A stretch of DNA of 63,998 nt, counting the filler, from Octopus bimaculoides (taxonomy: Eukaryota), in assembly GCF_001194135.2 (NCBI RefSeq). It is 8 parts of 6 records of this genome, joined end to end, with 100 filler letters (N's around TTAATTAATTAA, not from the genome) between each part and the next. Parts side by side here need not be neighbours in the genome. Positions count along the whole stretch, not along the records: positions 1 to 17,608 come from NC_069005.1; positions 17,709 to 34,118 come from NC_068987.1; 6 more parts are not named here. The stretch is one strand, 5' to 3'. Of the stretch, positions 14,356-26,276 are shown piece after piece (the stretch's first letter is position 1; each line of letters starts with the position of its first letter). A program made the position numbers and the translations under genes. The notes under the pieces are model-generated. The model made no database searches. It was not told the origin of the DNA and saw only the letters and a program-made list of their open reading frames with translations.

Positions 14356-14628
14356 TGCGCAGGAGTGGTAGTGTGTTAAGTAGCTTGCTTAATAAACGCA
14401 TGATTCTAGGTTCTGTCCAACTGCCTACCAGTGTGTGTGTGTATTTGTTCCACCACCATGGCTTGACAACCGATGCTGGTGTGTTTACGTACCCGTAACC
14501 GAGTGGTTCGGCAAAAGAGACCGATAGACTAACCTCTAGGCTTACAAAAAATAAGTCCAGAGGTCAATTTGCTCGATTAAGAGCGGTACTCCATCATGGC
14601 CGTAGTTAAATGATTGAAACAAACAAAG
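14356..14628 (+). mobile_element. SINE family A with internal deletion
   Basis: The head GCGCAGGAGTGG... joins directly to the (TG)n and tail, missing the CCTTGGGCAAG...GAAGCCCGT segment. Confidence 0.75.
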
Positions 14629-14638
14629 GAAAAAATGA

Positions 14639-14672
<34 letters not shown>

Positions 14673-15145
14673 ATGTGTGTGCATATATATTTGTATAATA
14701 TTTATGTATTTATGAAATGCAATGCAGAGTGCGACAACGCAGGAGCGGAAGTGAGACACAGAAGGAAAGAAAGAGACATATAAGGAGTGACATGAACTTT
14801 GAGCGAAGTTACGTATCAAGTAGAGGAATACAGGAGAAAAAAAAAATAAAGATTGAAGAAGCGGAAGAAATCATAGAAAACTATTTAACGTTTCAACGAT
14901 GAAAATTATATACAGATCATATCCTTTATTGTTTCGCTAGCTCCCATCATAAGTGTTATATCTCAAAAAGATAAATTCTAAATTATTTACTAGATTCACT
15001 GTAATAATATTCACATATCTTTTGCTCTTCTGAATACGTGAATAGTTTTTCAGATTATAACGTATAATGTGCGTATATAGTTTTGTACGCATATGGATAT
15101 TTAGGTTGTTCGTTTTTATTTATTCTTATAAACATACTCACATAA

Positions 15146-15176
<31 letters not shown>

Positions 15177-15286
15177 TATGTAGATAGATATATGTATGTG
15201 TGCGTGTGTATATAGGCACATGTTTATATGTGAATATCTTTATAGGAATATATACAACGAACAAATATATACATGTATAAACATAT

Positions 15287-15353
<67 letters not shown>

Positions 15354-16525
15354 GTTAAAACTTACTGTATAAAGGTAACGCGTGCGTTCTGTCGTGATGC
15401 AAACAATATATGAGTATATGCATATATATGTACGTGTATGTATATACGTTCATCTACACGTACATATAGATACATAACTGGGTACATGCCGTGACAAAAG
15501 AACATGGACAAAATGGTAAACATGGTGCAACAAACAAGCAGGCCACATAGAAACATCCCCTTCATCAGCTGCCACCATTAAAACTCCGGCGTTTCGAAGA
15601 ATTAAGGCAGTACGTTAAAATGGTTCTTCCCACGAACACAAATTAAATTGTTTTCGTGGAGGGTAGTGGCGGACGGAAAACGAAACGGTGAAATAAACAA
15701 ACAAAAAGGCTGTACAGCCAGACGTGAAGTGTGTATGTCTTGAATGCTGTGAAGCACGTACAGGAGGGGCAAAGAAGTACGTGCGAGCTTGGTGAGTCCA
15801 AGAACGAAAAGAAATAGCAGCCGGACACACGTGACCAAGGCTGTGTGAGGAGAAAGAGTAGCAGAGGGAAAAGAAGGGGAGGAAGTAGAATAAAAGTGAG
15901 CAACGAGTGACGGTGAGAGGCGAAGTACGAGTAACAAGAGATAGTAGTGACAGGTAGAGGCGAAGAACAGTAGAGGGAAAAATGAGAGGGGGAGATAGAA
16001 ATAGAGAGAGTCACGTTACATACATATACATATATAGAGGTGTGTGTGAGTCTGTTAATAGGGATTTGAACGAACAAGCCTAGGAAACATGCGTACAGTA
16101 CCATATATGCACATATATAAATATACGTGTATTACTCTAAAGGTTCGAATATTGTATCTATGTAAGTGTGCGCGCATGTCTATCTGTGTGTGTGTTTTGC
16201 CTGTATATTTATATCAACCTATGTGGCGGACATGCTATTCAAAGAAACTGCAGGGGGTAACTTAAGAGTGTGGTGTGAATGGAATTTACCATCATGTTTA
16301 ATATAATTGTACTAAAAACATCAACGAGACCTAAAACACCAACAACAAAAATAATAATAATGAAACTATTATTAATAGTAATATTTGTTAACTATTTAGT
16401 TCAACATGAGTTATTACTCTATTATCTGCACTGTTTGCTCTGTCTTTTGTACACAGCGGTTATTGGTTTACAATACAATATATACATGGGTATATATTTT
16501 GTATATATGCATACGTACGTACGTA

Positions 16526-16569
<44 letters not shown>

Positions 16570-17106
16570 AATATATATATATATACATAAATATTTATAT
16601 ATATGCATGTGATTGTGTTTGTATGAGTGTGCAGATATGTGTGCGTGTGAATATTTATCTGTGTGTGTGTGAGAGAGAGAGAGAGAGAAGCAGAGAGAGA
16701 GCGGGGAGGAGTGGATGTGGGCGATGGTTTGTGTATATGTTTGAATGCGGTATTATTCATGTTTGGTTAATTCTGTTATGTTTACTGAAGCATGAGTGTA
16801 ACGAAAGAAATAATATTAAATAGACAATAAATTGTTGGAGTATATTTTTCGAACACATCATTTGACATACCTTACCTCTCCCTCTCTCCCTCTCCCTCTC
16901 ACACACACACACTCACTTACATTCTCTGTCTTTCTCGCCTCCTCCCGCTCAAACACACATTTCATACCATATATCATGCATACACTGAAATATGTACGTA
17001 TGTTTTTATGTATTATGCGTATGTATGTATTATACGTGTATTATGTTTGCATCTGAATATGTAAGTAAACACGTATGTATGCATGCATGTTTGTATGTAT
17101 GCATAT

Positions 17107-17149
<43 letters not shown>

Positions 17150-17522
17150 TTTTGAGTGTTTTTATGTGTATACATTTTGGTTTTAAATTATTTGACACCA
17201 TTTTTTAAATTCCAGATAGGAGGAAATGAGTGGAACAGCTCTTTGAACAGACTCTGGAAGCCACTCTTCGCCGCAGCTGGCCAAATTATAGAATATGTTC
17301 GTGAGCTTGATATGCGGTAAATATTGTGTTAATTTGGGCACTAACGCAACAAAAATGAATGCTTATCAATCATCTCCTCTAGAGCAAGACGTTCGAGGAC
17401 GGCAAAGTGGAGATGTGAGACCATGAGATATATGAGACGGAGAGGATTGAAAGGGCGTCTAAAACATCACTTTTCTCTGCAAAATAGGGGTAGTTTATCC
17501 TGTTCAGGCTATATTATTAGCA

Positions 17523-17568
<46 letters not shown>

Positions 17569-17608
17569 TTGTTTAAAAGAGTTCCAACACTGTCTGTTTT
17601 TTATGTTC

Positions 17609-17708
17609 NNNNNNNNNNNNNNNNNNNNNNNNNNNNNNNNNNNNNNNNNNNNTTAATTAATTAANNNNNNNNNNNNNNNNNNNNNNNNNNNNNNNNNNNN
17701 NNNNNNNN
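17609..17708. other. Assembly linker N44-TTAATTAATTAA-N44 (also 34119-34218, 36212-36311, 54827-54926, 58776-58875, 60636-60735, 61861-61960)
   Basis: Seven identical 100-bp blocks. TTAATTAATTAA puts stop codons in all six frames, which is a scaffolding placeholder design. Confidence 0.95.
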
Positions 17709-18110
17709 ACCGCCAGTGCGTAACTGGTACTTATTTAATCAACCCCAAAAGGATGAAAGGCAAAGTCAACCCCGGTGGCATTTGAACTCAGAACGTAGCG
17801 GCAGACGAAAAACCGCTAAGCATTTCGCCTGGCGTGCTAACTATTCTTTTCTATTCTAGGCACAAGGCCCGAAATTTTGGGGGAGGGGGCCAGTCGATTA
17901 GATCGACCCCAGTACACAACTGGTACTTAATTTATCGACCCCGAAAGGATGAAAGGCAAAGTCGACCTCGGCAGAATTTGAACTCAGAACGTAACGGTAG
18001 ACGAAATACCGTTAAGCATTTCGCCCGGCGTGCTAACTACTCTTTTCTATTCTAGGCACAAGGCCCGAAATTTTTGGGGAGGGGGCCAGACATTCTGGCA
18101 GCTCGCCGCC
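17709..18110 (-). mobile_element. Head-to-tail tandem array of SINE family B, 196-bp period
   Basis: The junction GCGTGCTAACTA(T/C)TCTTTTCTATTCTAGGCACAAGGCCC occurs at 17832 and 18028. The true 5' end (GGCGGCGAGCTG) is present only once, at 18090-18110. Confidence 0.85.
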
Positions 18111-18249
18111 TTACTAATAATATTTAATTATAAAAGTATAACAGGATTTTTTTAAAACATTGAATGGCTATAGGAGTCCACCGAGTAAAATATGAATCCA
18201 AGGGGGTCCATCGATAAAAAAAAAAAAATGGCTGAAAGGCACTGATGTG

Positions 18250-18345
18250 CAGTGTTGCTGTTATTTAGCCACAGGTCAATTCTGTTCAAGCACGCCTATG
18301 ATAAAAAGCTTCCCAGCTGCGACTACCTCGTACTTTTCTTCGGCT
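18250..18345 (+). mobile_element. Interspersed repeat family D, 5' fragment (other pieces near 18830-19010 +, 20515-20690 +, 31290-31470 -, 48770-48890 -, 61290-61490 +)
   Basis: Shared motifs TTAGCC..AGGTC..CTG.TC.AGCA..CCTATGAT.AAA and GTG.(G/C)ATTTGAG.GAGATTT.G....TATTTCTAGCAG recur among these loci. Confidence 0.55.
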
Positions 18346-19589
18346 CAGTACATTCAGTTATAACCTTCATTGTACGTGCGGAAGCAAGGAAGGCAGAACC
18401 ACGAAGTAAATACGCATCATTAAACATTTGTTAGCGTAGAGAAACAGAATCAATTACTGAATAAATGATTCATGGCTCCATTCTGCATGAAAACGCAATA
18501 GTTAAGCTAGTTCTTACATATTTAATGAGTGGGCAGACATCGAGAAGCTAATTAGAAATAATTATGCAATGAGATGAAAAGGAATTTATTTAGTTTTGAA
18601 TTCATGGAGGTTTGCCGCAGATAAAATATCTAAACACATCATTAATAGTGTTCTAGTACAGCGACAACATTGATTTTCAGGAATCTTTGGTCCCAAAATC
18701 TTTCCAAATCGTTTTTGTTTCGAACCAGAGGTGGTCACCTTGGTCAACAAACTTTAAATTAAAACAAATGTTAAATTTACTTAAATAATTAAATGAAATA
18801 CAGGTACATATAGATTAGTATAGATTAGTGTGGATTATTAAAGCTTCCAGACCATCAGTGTCTGGAAAGACGGATTTGTACTTGTAATCCAATAAAATAA
18901 ATGGTTTATCACATCAGAACAGGTGTTACTTAGGAATGTAATTATCCTTCCATTATGAAATGGTAAAGTGCCATTTGAGGGAGATTTGGTCTCTACCTCT
19001 AGCAGGTAAAGATGATATTGTTGAAAGTATTGAAACGAACAAAACTTTCTTTTGTCCATCAAAATATCTCATTAACAAACGTTTGTATACGAAGCCACGC
19101 ATTTACTTTGTCGCTCTATAATTATAACTAATTTAGCCTTTTTATTATTTTTTTCCACGTATCTTTTCTCACCGTTCAAGACAAGGAATGAAGGGCAGCA
19201 CCCATGAGCCTAATATTTCCAAGGACTCCGAGCAATGTTACTTTTAAGCAATGCACTTGTGCGCAAGTGCGTGCATACACATTTACAGTTAGCACACAAA
19301 GAAAAGTTAAATTTGCTCGTCCAAGGTTTTTAAGACAGAATTGAAGTTTTTTTAATTCAGGAAAGTATTATTTCATAATAACAATCTTAAATAATAGACA
19401 CATAATAATGCACATTTGCGATAGTTCCTAGCAAAGATGTTCATACACTTTATAAAGAGAGACAAGATTTGCACACAAAGCAAATTTCAGCGCAAAGTCA
19501 AAGCAAAAAGAGGAGACATTGCTTTCGAGATCGGTGGGAGGAAGTGACGTTATCCTGAAGCCAAAGTCCTCGGCCAAATGCTTACAACA

Positions 19590-19736
19590 GAGTGAATGCT
19601 AAAGGGTTAAACTGAAACCAACTGTAAAAGCACAGTGCAAATGTTTCACCATCCTGAAAGTAAGCAACAGTAATCGGAACAATGTGAATAAATAAGCTTT
19701 ACATTTGACAGAATAATCTGAATGCTAAAGGGTTAA
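19590..19736 (-). mobile_element. Two co-oriented ends of a piggyBac-like (TTAA) MITE
   Basis: GAATGCTAAAGGGTTAA ends at 19610 and at 19736. 19681-19736 is the reverse complement of the left end of the MITE at 30903. Confidence 0.7.
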
Positions 19737-19837
19737 GATAGAAACGAGAAAAAATAACGAGAACCCCCCCCCNNNNNNNNNNNNNNNNNNNNNNNNNNNN
19801 NNNNNNNNNNNNNNNNNNNNNNNNNNNNNNNNNNNNA

Positions 19838-20100
19838 ATATAACACCATTATTCGCACACCACAAGGTTCAATGGAACCTACTATTGCAAGCCAAAATGC
19901 CTGAGGAATTACCACGGGCGATGGCGAGGCTGAGGCGTTGGAAAAGCCAAGCACTCTCACGGGCAACATCTGACATCTTGATGAGGAGAGCTGCTAACGA
20001 TGACAAGAACTTCGCGGTTAGCAGCCCAGCTCCTCAAAACGTCCCAAACGCCACAGGCTGGAAGAGATAGTCCAATAAAACCGAAACATTTCCTAGAGTT
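19838..20100 (-). mobile_element. CRE-clade RLE non-LTR retrotransposon, C-terminal remnant
   Basis: Minus frame YLFQPVAFGTF*GAGLLTAKFLSSLAALLIKMSDVARESAWLFQRLSLAIARGNSSGILAC* matches the FxPxAxETxG ... RExxxLFQRLSxAxxRGN signature of CRE-type RLE domains. Confidence 0.8.
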
Positions 20101-21744
20101 GTCTCCCGTTTTTGCCGGAAAGCGGAAAATTATTTTCGTCAATAACTGAAATTGTGTTATCTTCAACTCATAATCATTTGTCGCTTTGCTTTCTTTTAAA
20201 TGAACGCCACATTAGATATGTTAAAGCATAGGCTTGAATCTTCTTGATTTGTCCACCTGTCACAATGGTCTGTATATTGTTTTAATACAGCTTTAAATTA
20301 AACGGCTTCTAATCGTGTTATGGCATCATAGATCACTATCGGAGAATTTAACAAACCAAATAATTTGATTTATCGCAGAAATCTAAATTGCTATGTCAGA
20401 AATATAATTTATAATTGTACCGTTGTTGTTGTTGTTGTTGAAGCTGCCGTCGCCTTTGTCGTTGTTGATATTGATGTTGTTTTTGCTACTGCTTGCTGTC
20501 ATCATCGTTGTACAACCACAGATCAGTCCTGGTTGAATAGATCTCTGATCAAAGTCGTTTCAGCCATGACCACCTACCAAGCCAAGTTTTTGTATATCTA
20601 GGACTAAAATGAGCAAGCGATCGTTTTTTGTTTTGTTTTAAGACAGTGAGGTGTGATTTGAAAGCATTTGACTGCTATTTCTTGTTGGTCAATATATTTA
20701 CATCCTTAAGCTATAGTAGTCTATACTTTACGAAGGAAGTCTAATAAAACCGAATTATGTCTGGAAGTGTCTCCCCTATTTGTCGCGCTCATTTAAATAT
20801 TCAAACTTACTACACTCTGATTTTCTCTACGACTTTACATCTATGAACCACATATCTTATGCTAAATAATTTCTGGATGCCTCGGAAAAGAAACGGGTTA
20901 AGGCTGAACTCTTTCTGGGCGATAATAATATAGTTCAGTTGCTGAAAATGTTTGATTTAAATTTCCAGTTATTTTTTTTCATTATTTTCATTATAGAAGT
21001 CGACTTCGTAACTGTCAAAAAGATACCGGTGGTCTGACAGCAAACCTCAATACGACTCATGAAATGGAAGCCTGCTCATTGATTTATAAACATTTGCGTC
21101 TAAAAGCTGCTTTCATTGCCTTATGGTTACAAATTTCAATTCATTGCCGTTGTTTAGACAAAGGAAACAACGAAGTTTATGAGTTTAGATAAGTTCGTAT
21201 ACCGTGGGGAAAAAAGGAATCTGTTAAAGAAAATATCTGTCAATGTCACCCACATTTTGAACTCGTAAAATAAGAGAAACATCAATGGCGGTTTTATGTA
21301 AGATCTAAAACTGTTTATATTGCGAATCTTCTGCGCTGCAAATGAGCTACACCAAAATTAATGGCGATTTAAAGTCTAATGGTTTTCGTATAGACTGTAC
21401 CAAAATTGAAAGGAGTTTTAAGTCTGATAGCTACAGATAAGCCAGACTAAAATCGATGGTGATTAAGAATCTGATTGGTTGACGATAGAGTGCTGATAGC
21501 TTGTTGATTAACTTCATCAAATTTGATGACAAGTACGATGATCTGCAGATGACTGCTAGATTGCTGAAGTCTTGTAAAGTACGCTGTTTACGGACAGTTG
21601 ATGAGAATGCATCACGCATTGCTGTTTTTCTGTAAGCTGGACACTCAGAATAGGGAATTTTTTCATTAGATTTCTGGCTACTCAGGCAATTATTGAAACT
21701 AATCTTCATACGAAACTCAAACATTTACAGAGCTAGTCTTTATA

Positions 21745-22018
21745 TTGGGCTGTCAGATAAATTCGTTCATTGTCAGATTAAGTCGTTCGTTGTCAGATAA
21801 ATATTTTTTTCTTTTTTCCTTCTTGGTAAGCTATGGTCTGAAAAGTGATACAATTTATTCAGATTTCAAAAACAGTAATAAAAAGTAGAGGAAGCATTGA
21901 GCTCCAAAAACCGTAAAACACTATGATAAAGATATTTCTTTCTGTGAATTCAAATAACATTGGAAAGGATTAAATTAAATGGAGGGAAAACAACGAACGA
22001 ATTAATCTGACAACCCAA
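21745..22018. mobile_element. Tc1/mariner-type MITE
   Basis: TIRs TTGGGCTGTCAGATAAATTCGTTC and GAACGAATTAATCTGACAACCCAA, flanked by TA on both sides. Confidence 0.8.
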
Positions 22019-22457
22019 TAGTATGAAGCATATAAAGAAATCAAACATCGAAAGTATTTGTGGTCTCAATCTGCGCGTATATCTTTCTCCAAACACATCC
22101 ACCAACTGTTAGCTATTCGTCTTGAGCTCAATAACTCAGTACAGAGAGCTCTTCTCTAAGAAACTTAACAGTGATGCTAATCTAGAAATCACTTAAATAG
22201 GTTAGGTTATTGTTTACAGCTTTAGTCTCCCTGTAGCACAAGTCTTCCTCATCATCTGGAGAAATCACAAATATTTATCCCAAAGTAAATAACTCAAGTT
22301 AGAAAATAACCTGAACTCCTAGAAATGCTACAAGCCAATGAGGGAGCTTCTATCTGGTTGATCGATCTGTTTAAAATTATTATATGATGTTTCTTTAATA
22401 TTAAGATGTGCTTGCATAGCAAGTGACCTGATCTGAGAGCGTGTGCTGGAACGAAAC

Positions 22458-22642
22458 CAATTGCAGCGTGGAAGGTGTTTATAAGCCATTTAAAAAGATG
22501 CAGCACGGAATTTTGTCAGTGAACAGGTCGCAGTCACAAAGCGACGAAAATATTTTGGCAAATTAAATTTAAATGTTGAAGTGAATCTAACGGTTTTTGC
22601 GTGTTTTTAAATGGCTTATAAACGCCTTCCACTCTGCAATTG
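22458..22642 (+). mobile_element. About 185-bp inverted-repeat element enclosing a minimal hammerhead fold (probably Penelope-derived)
   Basis: Arms of about 35-39 bp (CAATTGCAGCGTGGAAGGTGTTTATAAGCCATTTAAAAA / TTTTTAAATGGCTTATAAACGCCTTCCACTCTGCAATTG) surround a hammerhead fold at 22512-22562. Confidence 0.7.
22512..22562 (+). ncRNA. Minimal type I hammerhead ribozyme candidate, G3-C8 core variant
   Basis: Stem I UUUGUCA/UGGCAAA (7 bp, one G-U); core GUGAACA plus G; stem II GUCGC/GCGAC; GAAA; palindromic AAUAUU; putative UUU cleavage triplet. Folded by hand. Confidence 0.6.
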
Positions 22643-23309
22643 CTTAAATATTAAGTTATATATAAATCTGTAGAAACCTAGTTTCTCTGTCAACTCATGA
22701 TTCATACTTTCCATGATGCCATCAATTATATGTAACGGGGTACCATTGCTCTGCTTCGTCGCAAATTCAGCCTTACTACCCGTCATGACATAACAGCCAA
22801 TTATAGAGCAAAATGAGCCAAGCTACGAAAATCTGCTCTTATCACCAATTAACAAGTTCAACTGACAGCTATACTTGTAGATTAGTTATGTTAGCATAAC
22901 TATATTTTTAACTAAGACTTTTCTAATACATTTATATTACTACTGTTAAAAGCTGTTTGACAATATTTCGAGAACAACGAGAACTAAGATGGAGTTAGGG
23001 AAGCTGTGCATATATAAGATTGAAAACACGTCGGTTCTACTTTTTAAAATTTGGCAAGATGGTGCTTTTCGTCGACCTCCAAAAACGTCGGCTTAGCAAA
23101 TCCAAACACAAATCTTTTACGTTATGAGTAATCTACAGCTTCAAAAGACTTTTATTTAAAAGTTTTAACCTGTAAACAAGTCCATAATAAGGCATATAAG
23201 ATCAAAAGCCACTCTTACACCATCAGTTACAAGCTGCAAGTATTTAAATAAATATGGCAACAGAGATGTTTTAGTTTGCAACGAACTACAACGCTCTTAT
23301 TTACACACC

Positions 23310-23404
<95 letters not shown>

Positions 23405-23409
23405 ACACA

Positions 23410-23610
23410 CACTGCTTAACGATCAGTGTTGGTTTGTTTACGTCTCCATAAATTAACAGATCGACAAAAGAAACTGATAGAATAAGTACCGAACTTTTAA
23501 AAAATAAGCATTGTGGATAGATCTGCTCGATTAAAATCCTTGCAAGGCGGAGCCCCAGTATGGCCGCAGTCCGGTCACAGAAACATGTGAAAGTCAAAGG
23601 TAAAAGATAA
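23410..23610 (+). mobile_element. SINE family A, 3' part after a (CA)n array
   Basis: GTTGGTTTGTTTACGTC...GATAGAATAAGTAC...CAAGGCGGAGCCCCAGTATGGCCGCAGTC...AAAGATAAAA. Confidence 0.7.
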
Positions 23611-23945
23611 AAAAAAAATTAACTTTTAAATCTCTTCGAATTTTTCAATTCATTAATATGCCAACTTCAGAAAAGCTTATTGACTATCAAATGCAATAAC
23701 TTGATAAAAAGAAAATAATCGTTGAAAAGAAGTATTTTTTAAAATCAATAAATTGAAAAAAAGAAAATATATATACAATAATTAATATGCTGTACCTGCT
23801 AAAGATACGTCTCGCCAATGAATTGAAATTGAGAAATGAGCATTATAAGGAAGCTTCAACTCATGCTAACGGTCGCCAACACCAGCGATTTGTGTGAAAC
23901 CATGCTTTTTCTAAAAGAAAAAAATAATTTTAAACAAATGATATT

Positions 23946-24139
23946 TTGTTATACCTCGGGAGGGCTATTACGCCAATAATAAACACATGCATTCGTTTTA
24001 TTTCACTTCAATTCTTTCAGTTGTCAATTGGTTAATTGGTTAAATAGTTAACTAATTTACAAATAAAAAAATAAAGAAGTGAAACAGAACCAGTGCATGT
24101 GTTTATTATTAGCATAATGAACCGCCCGAGATACAACTA
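23946..24139. mobile_element. Unclassified inverted-repeat element (MITE-like, arms about 60-65 bp)
   Basis: Left TTGTTATACCTCGGGAGGGCTATTACGCCAATAATAAACACATGCA...TTTCACTTC is the diverged reverse complement of right GAAGTGAAAC...TGCATGTGTTTATTATTAGCATAATGAACCGCCCGAGATACAAC. Confidence 0.7.
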
Positions 24140-24798
24140 AATACGTTGCAACACACAACGGAAGGGAGTTAGAACGTTATGATTTAGTGCGCATGCACAA
24201 AGCTTAAGGTCAATCTGTGCCAAGCGGATTCATTCTGCGTGCTTTAGCTTTGTTACTACAGCAACAATCCGGATTCTTATTGATCAGACCACGTATTGTG
24301 TCTGTGTATGTTTTCACGTGTGAACCGGTGTTCGTATCCTGTGTATCTTTATGAGCAAAACTGTGTGTCCCTCTATGTCAAAAAAAAAAAGAAAAAAAAA
24401 GAAAAAATGGGTGTCTAGCCATTCGATAAACAGACATCGATAAAATAAGAACAGGACTGAAATAAGTAATGGAGTTGATTTGATCAACTAAAAAAAAAAA
24501 AAAAGAAAGAAAGAAACCTTCAAGGCAATGCTCCTACATGGCCGCAATTCAATAGCTAAAATCATTCAAAAAAAAAAAAATATATATATGTGCACTTTGC
24601 GTCTTTTTGTTTCTTAGACTTGCTTTCACGAAATATTTTTATGCTATCGAAACAAATGAAAATGCCAAGAACACCAGATAATCATGGAGCCATCTTCAAT
24701 TGAAGAATTTCAAACATGACATTTAAATATTTATTTATTTAATTTTCCTTAATTAAATTTCTATACTCCTGTCGTTGCTAGCGCCGCCATTGCTCTTG

Positions 24799-25149
<351 letters not shown>

Positions 25150-25329
25150 TAGCTTCTTTTCTTTTTTAAACCTCGTTTTTAGTTATTAGAACGTAAATTA
25201 CTTTTGTGAAATTAACTCTTAATTAAAAATAAAATTATCTCCCTTTCTCAATGGGGGTCGCTAACTGTTTCTGCCTGGTTTTAATTTCTCTCTCCGACGA
25301 AAGGCAAACTTCAATATTTTATCTTTTAC

Positions 25330-25830
25330 CTTTTACGTGTTTCAGCCATTGAACTGCAGCCATGCTGGGACACTGCTTTGAAGGGCTCAGTCGATGAAAT
25401 CGACACAACTATTTATTTTAGGATCTGCTATTATTATATTGGTATCTTTTACCGAAATGCTAAGTCTCAGGGACGTAAACAAACCAACACTGGCTGTCAA
25501 GCGGTGGCGAGGACAAACACAAAAGCAGAGACATATACTCACATAAACACGCGCGCGCGTACACACACACACACATACACACACCAAATTCACTCACAAA
25601 GCACTGGTCGGCCCAGAGTTATAATAGAAGACACTTTCCCAAGATACCGTGAAATGGGATTCTTTTCTGCTCTAGGCACAAGGCCCGAAATTTTGGGAAA
25701 AGCGAGGCCAGTCGATTAGATCGACCCAGTATGCAACTGGTACTTAATTTATCAACCCCGAAAGGATGAAAGGCAAAGTCGACCTCTGCGGAATTTGAAC
25801 TTAGAACGTAACGGCAGACGAAATACCGCT
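25330..25830 (-). mobile_element. Adjacent SINE family A (25330-25645) and family B (25662-25830), both minus strand
   Basis: Reverse-complement matches to the family A tail/body and the family B body (CTAGGCACAAGGCCCGAAATTTTGGG...GAATTTGAAC). Confidence 0.75.
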
Positions 25831-26276
25831 CTCCATATGTTACACTTGACATTTCATCTCCAAGAGGATGCTTTTAACTTCCCTTCAAACTCCAAGCCAA
25901 GTCGCCGATCTGTGACTGTCCCGCTGCTCACCTTATTTATTGAACTGCCAGTAAGCCCAGAAAAATCTCTATACTTGAGTGAAGGCGATCGTTGCTTCAG
26001 AGAAACTCTTTGATATCTACAACATCACCATAGCATTTTTCAAACAGTTATTTGAAAATATTTCAATACTCCAGACCACTCATTCGGCTACGTCTCTGGC
26101 TCTGCCATTATTCGGATGCTTGGAGAAAAACACTAGCTTTACACTAGAAACTTCATTACCCATTTCTTTTCTTCTTTCCACTTCGTGCCAAGGTGGCACA
26201 TGAGGCTTCCATTTTCTTACCTTCTGAGTATGTGAACTTCCTGAAATTTTCAATGCCCAACCTTCAAAACAGTGAA

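Noticed and set aside
18275-18405. Apparent plus-strand exon (RSILFKHAYDKKLPSCDYLVLFF...) that chains in phase with 17216-17316
   Set aside because: Its 5' half aligns with repeat family D (compare 20515 and 61290), so the phase match is likely chance; it also lies across a linker.
19885-20070. Plus-strand ORF MQAKMPEELPRAMARLRR...
   Set aside because: It is the antisense shadow of the CRE-type RLE frame on the minus strand.
22458-22642. Sola-like DNA MITE with AATT TSD
   Set aside because: The internal hammerhead fold favours a Penelope-derived inverted-end structure; the DNA-transposon reading is not excluded but is unsupported.
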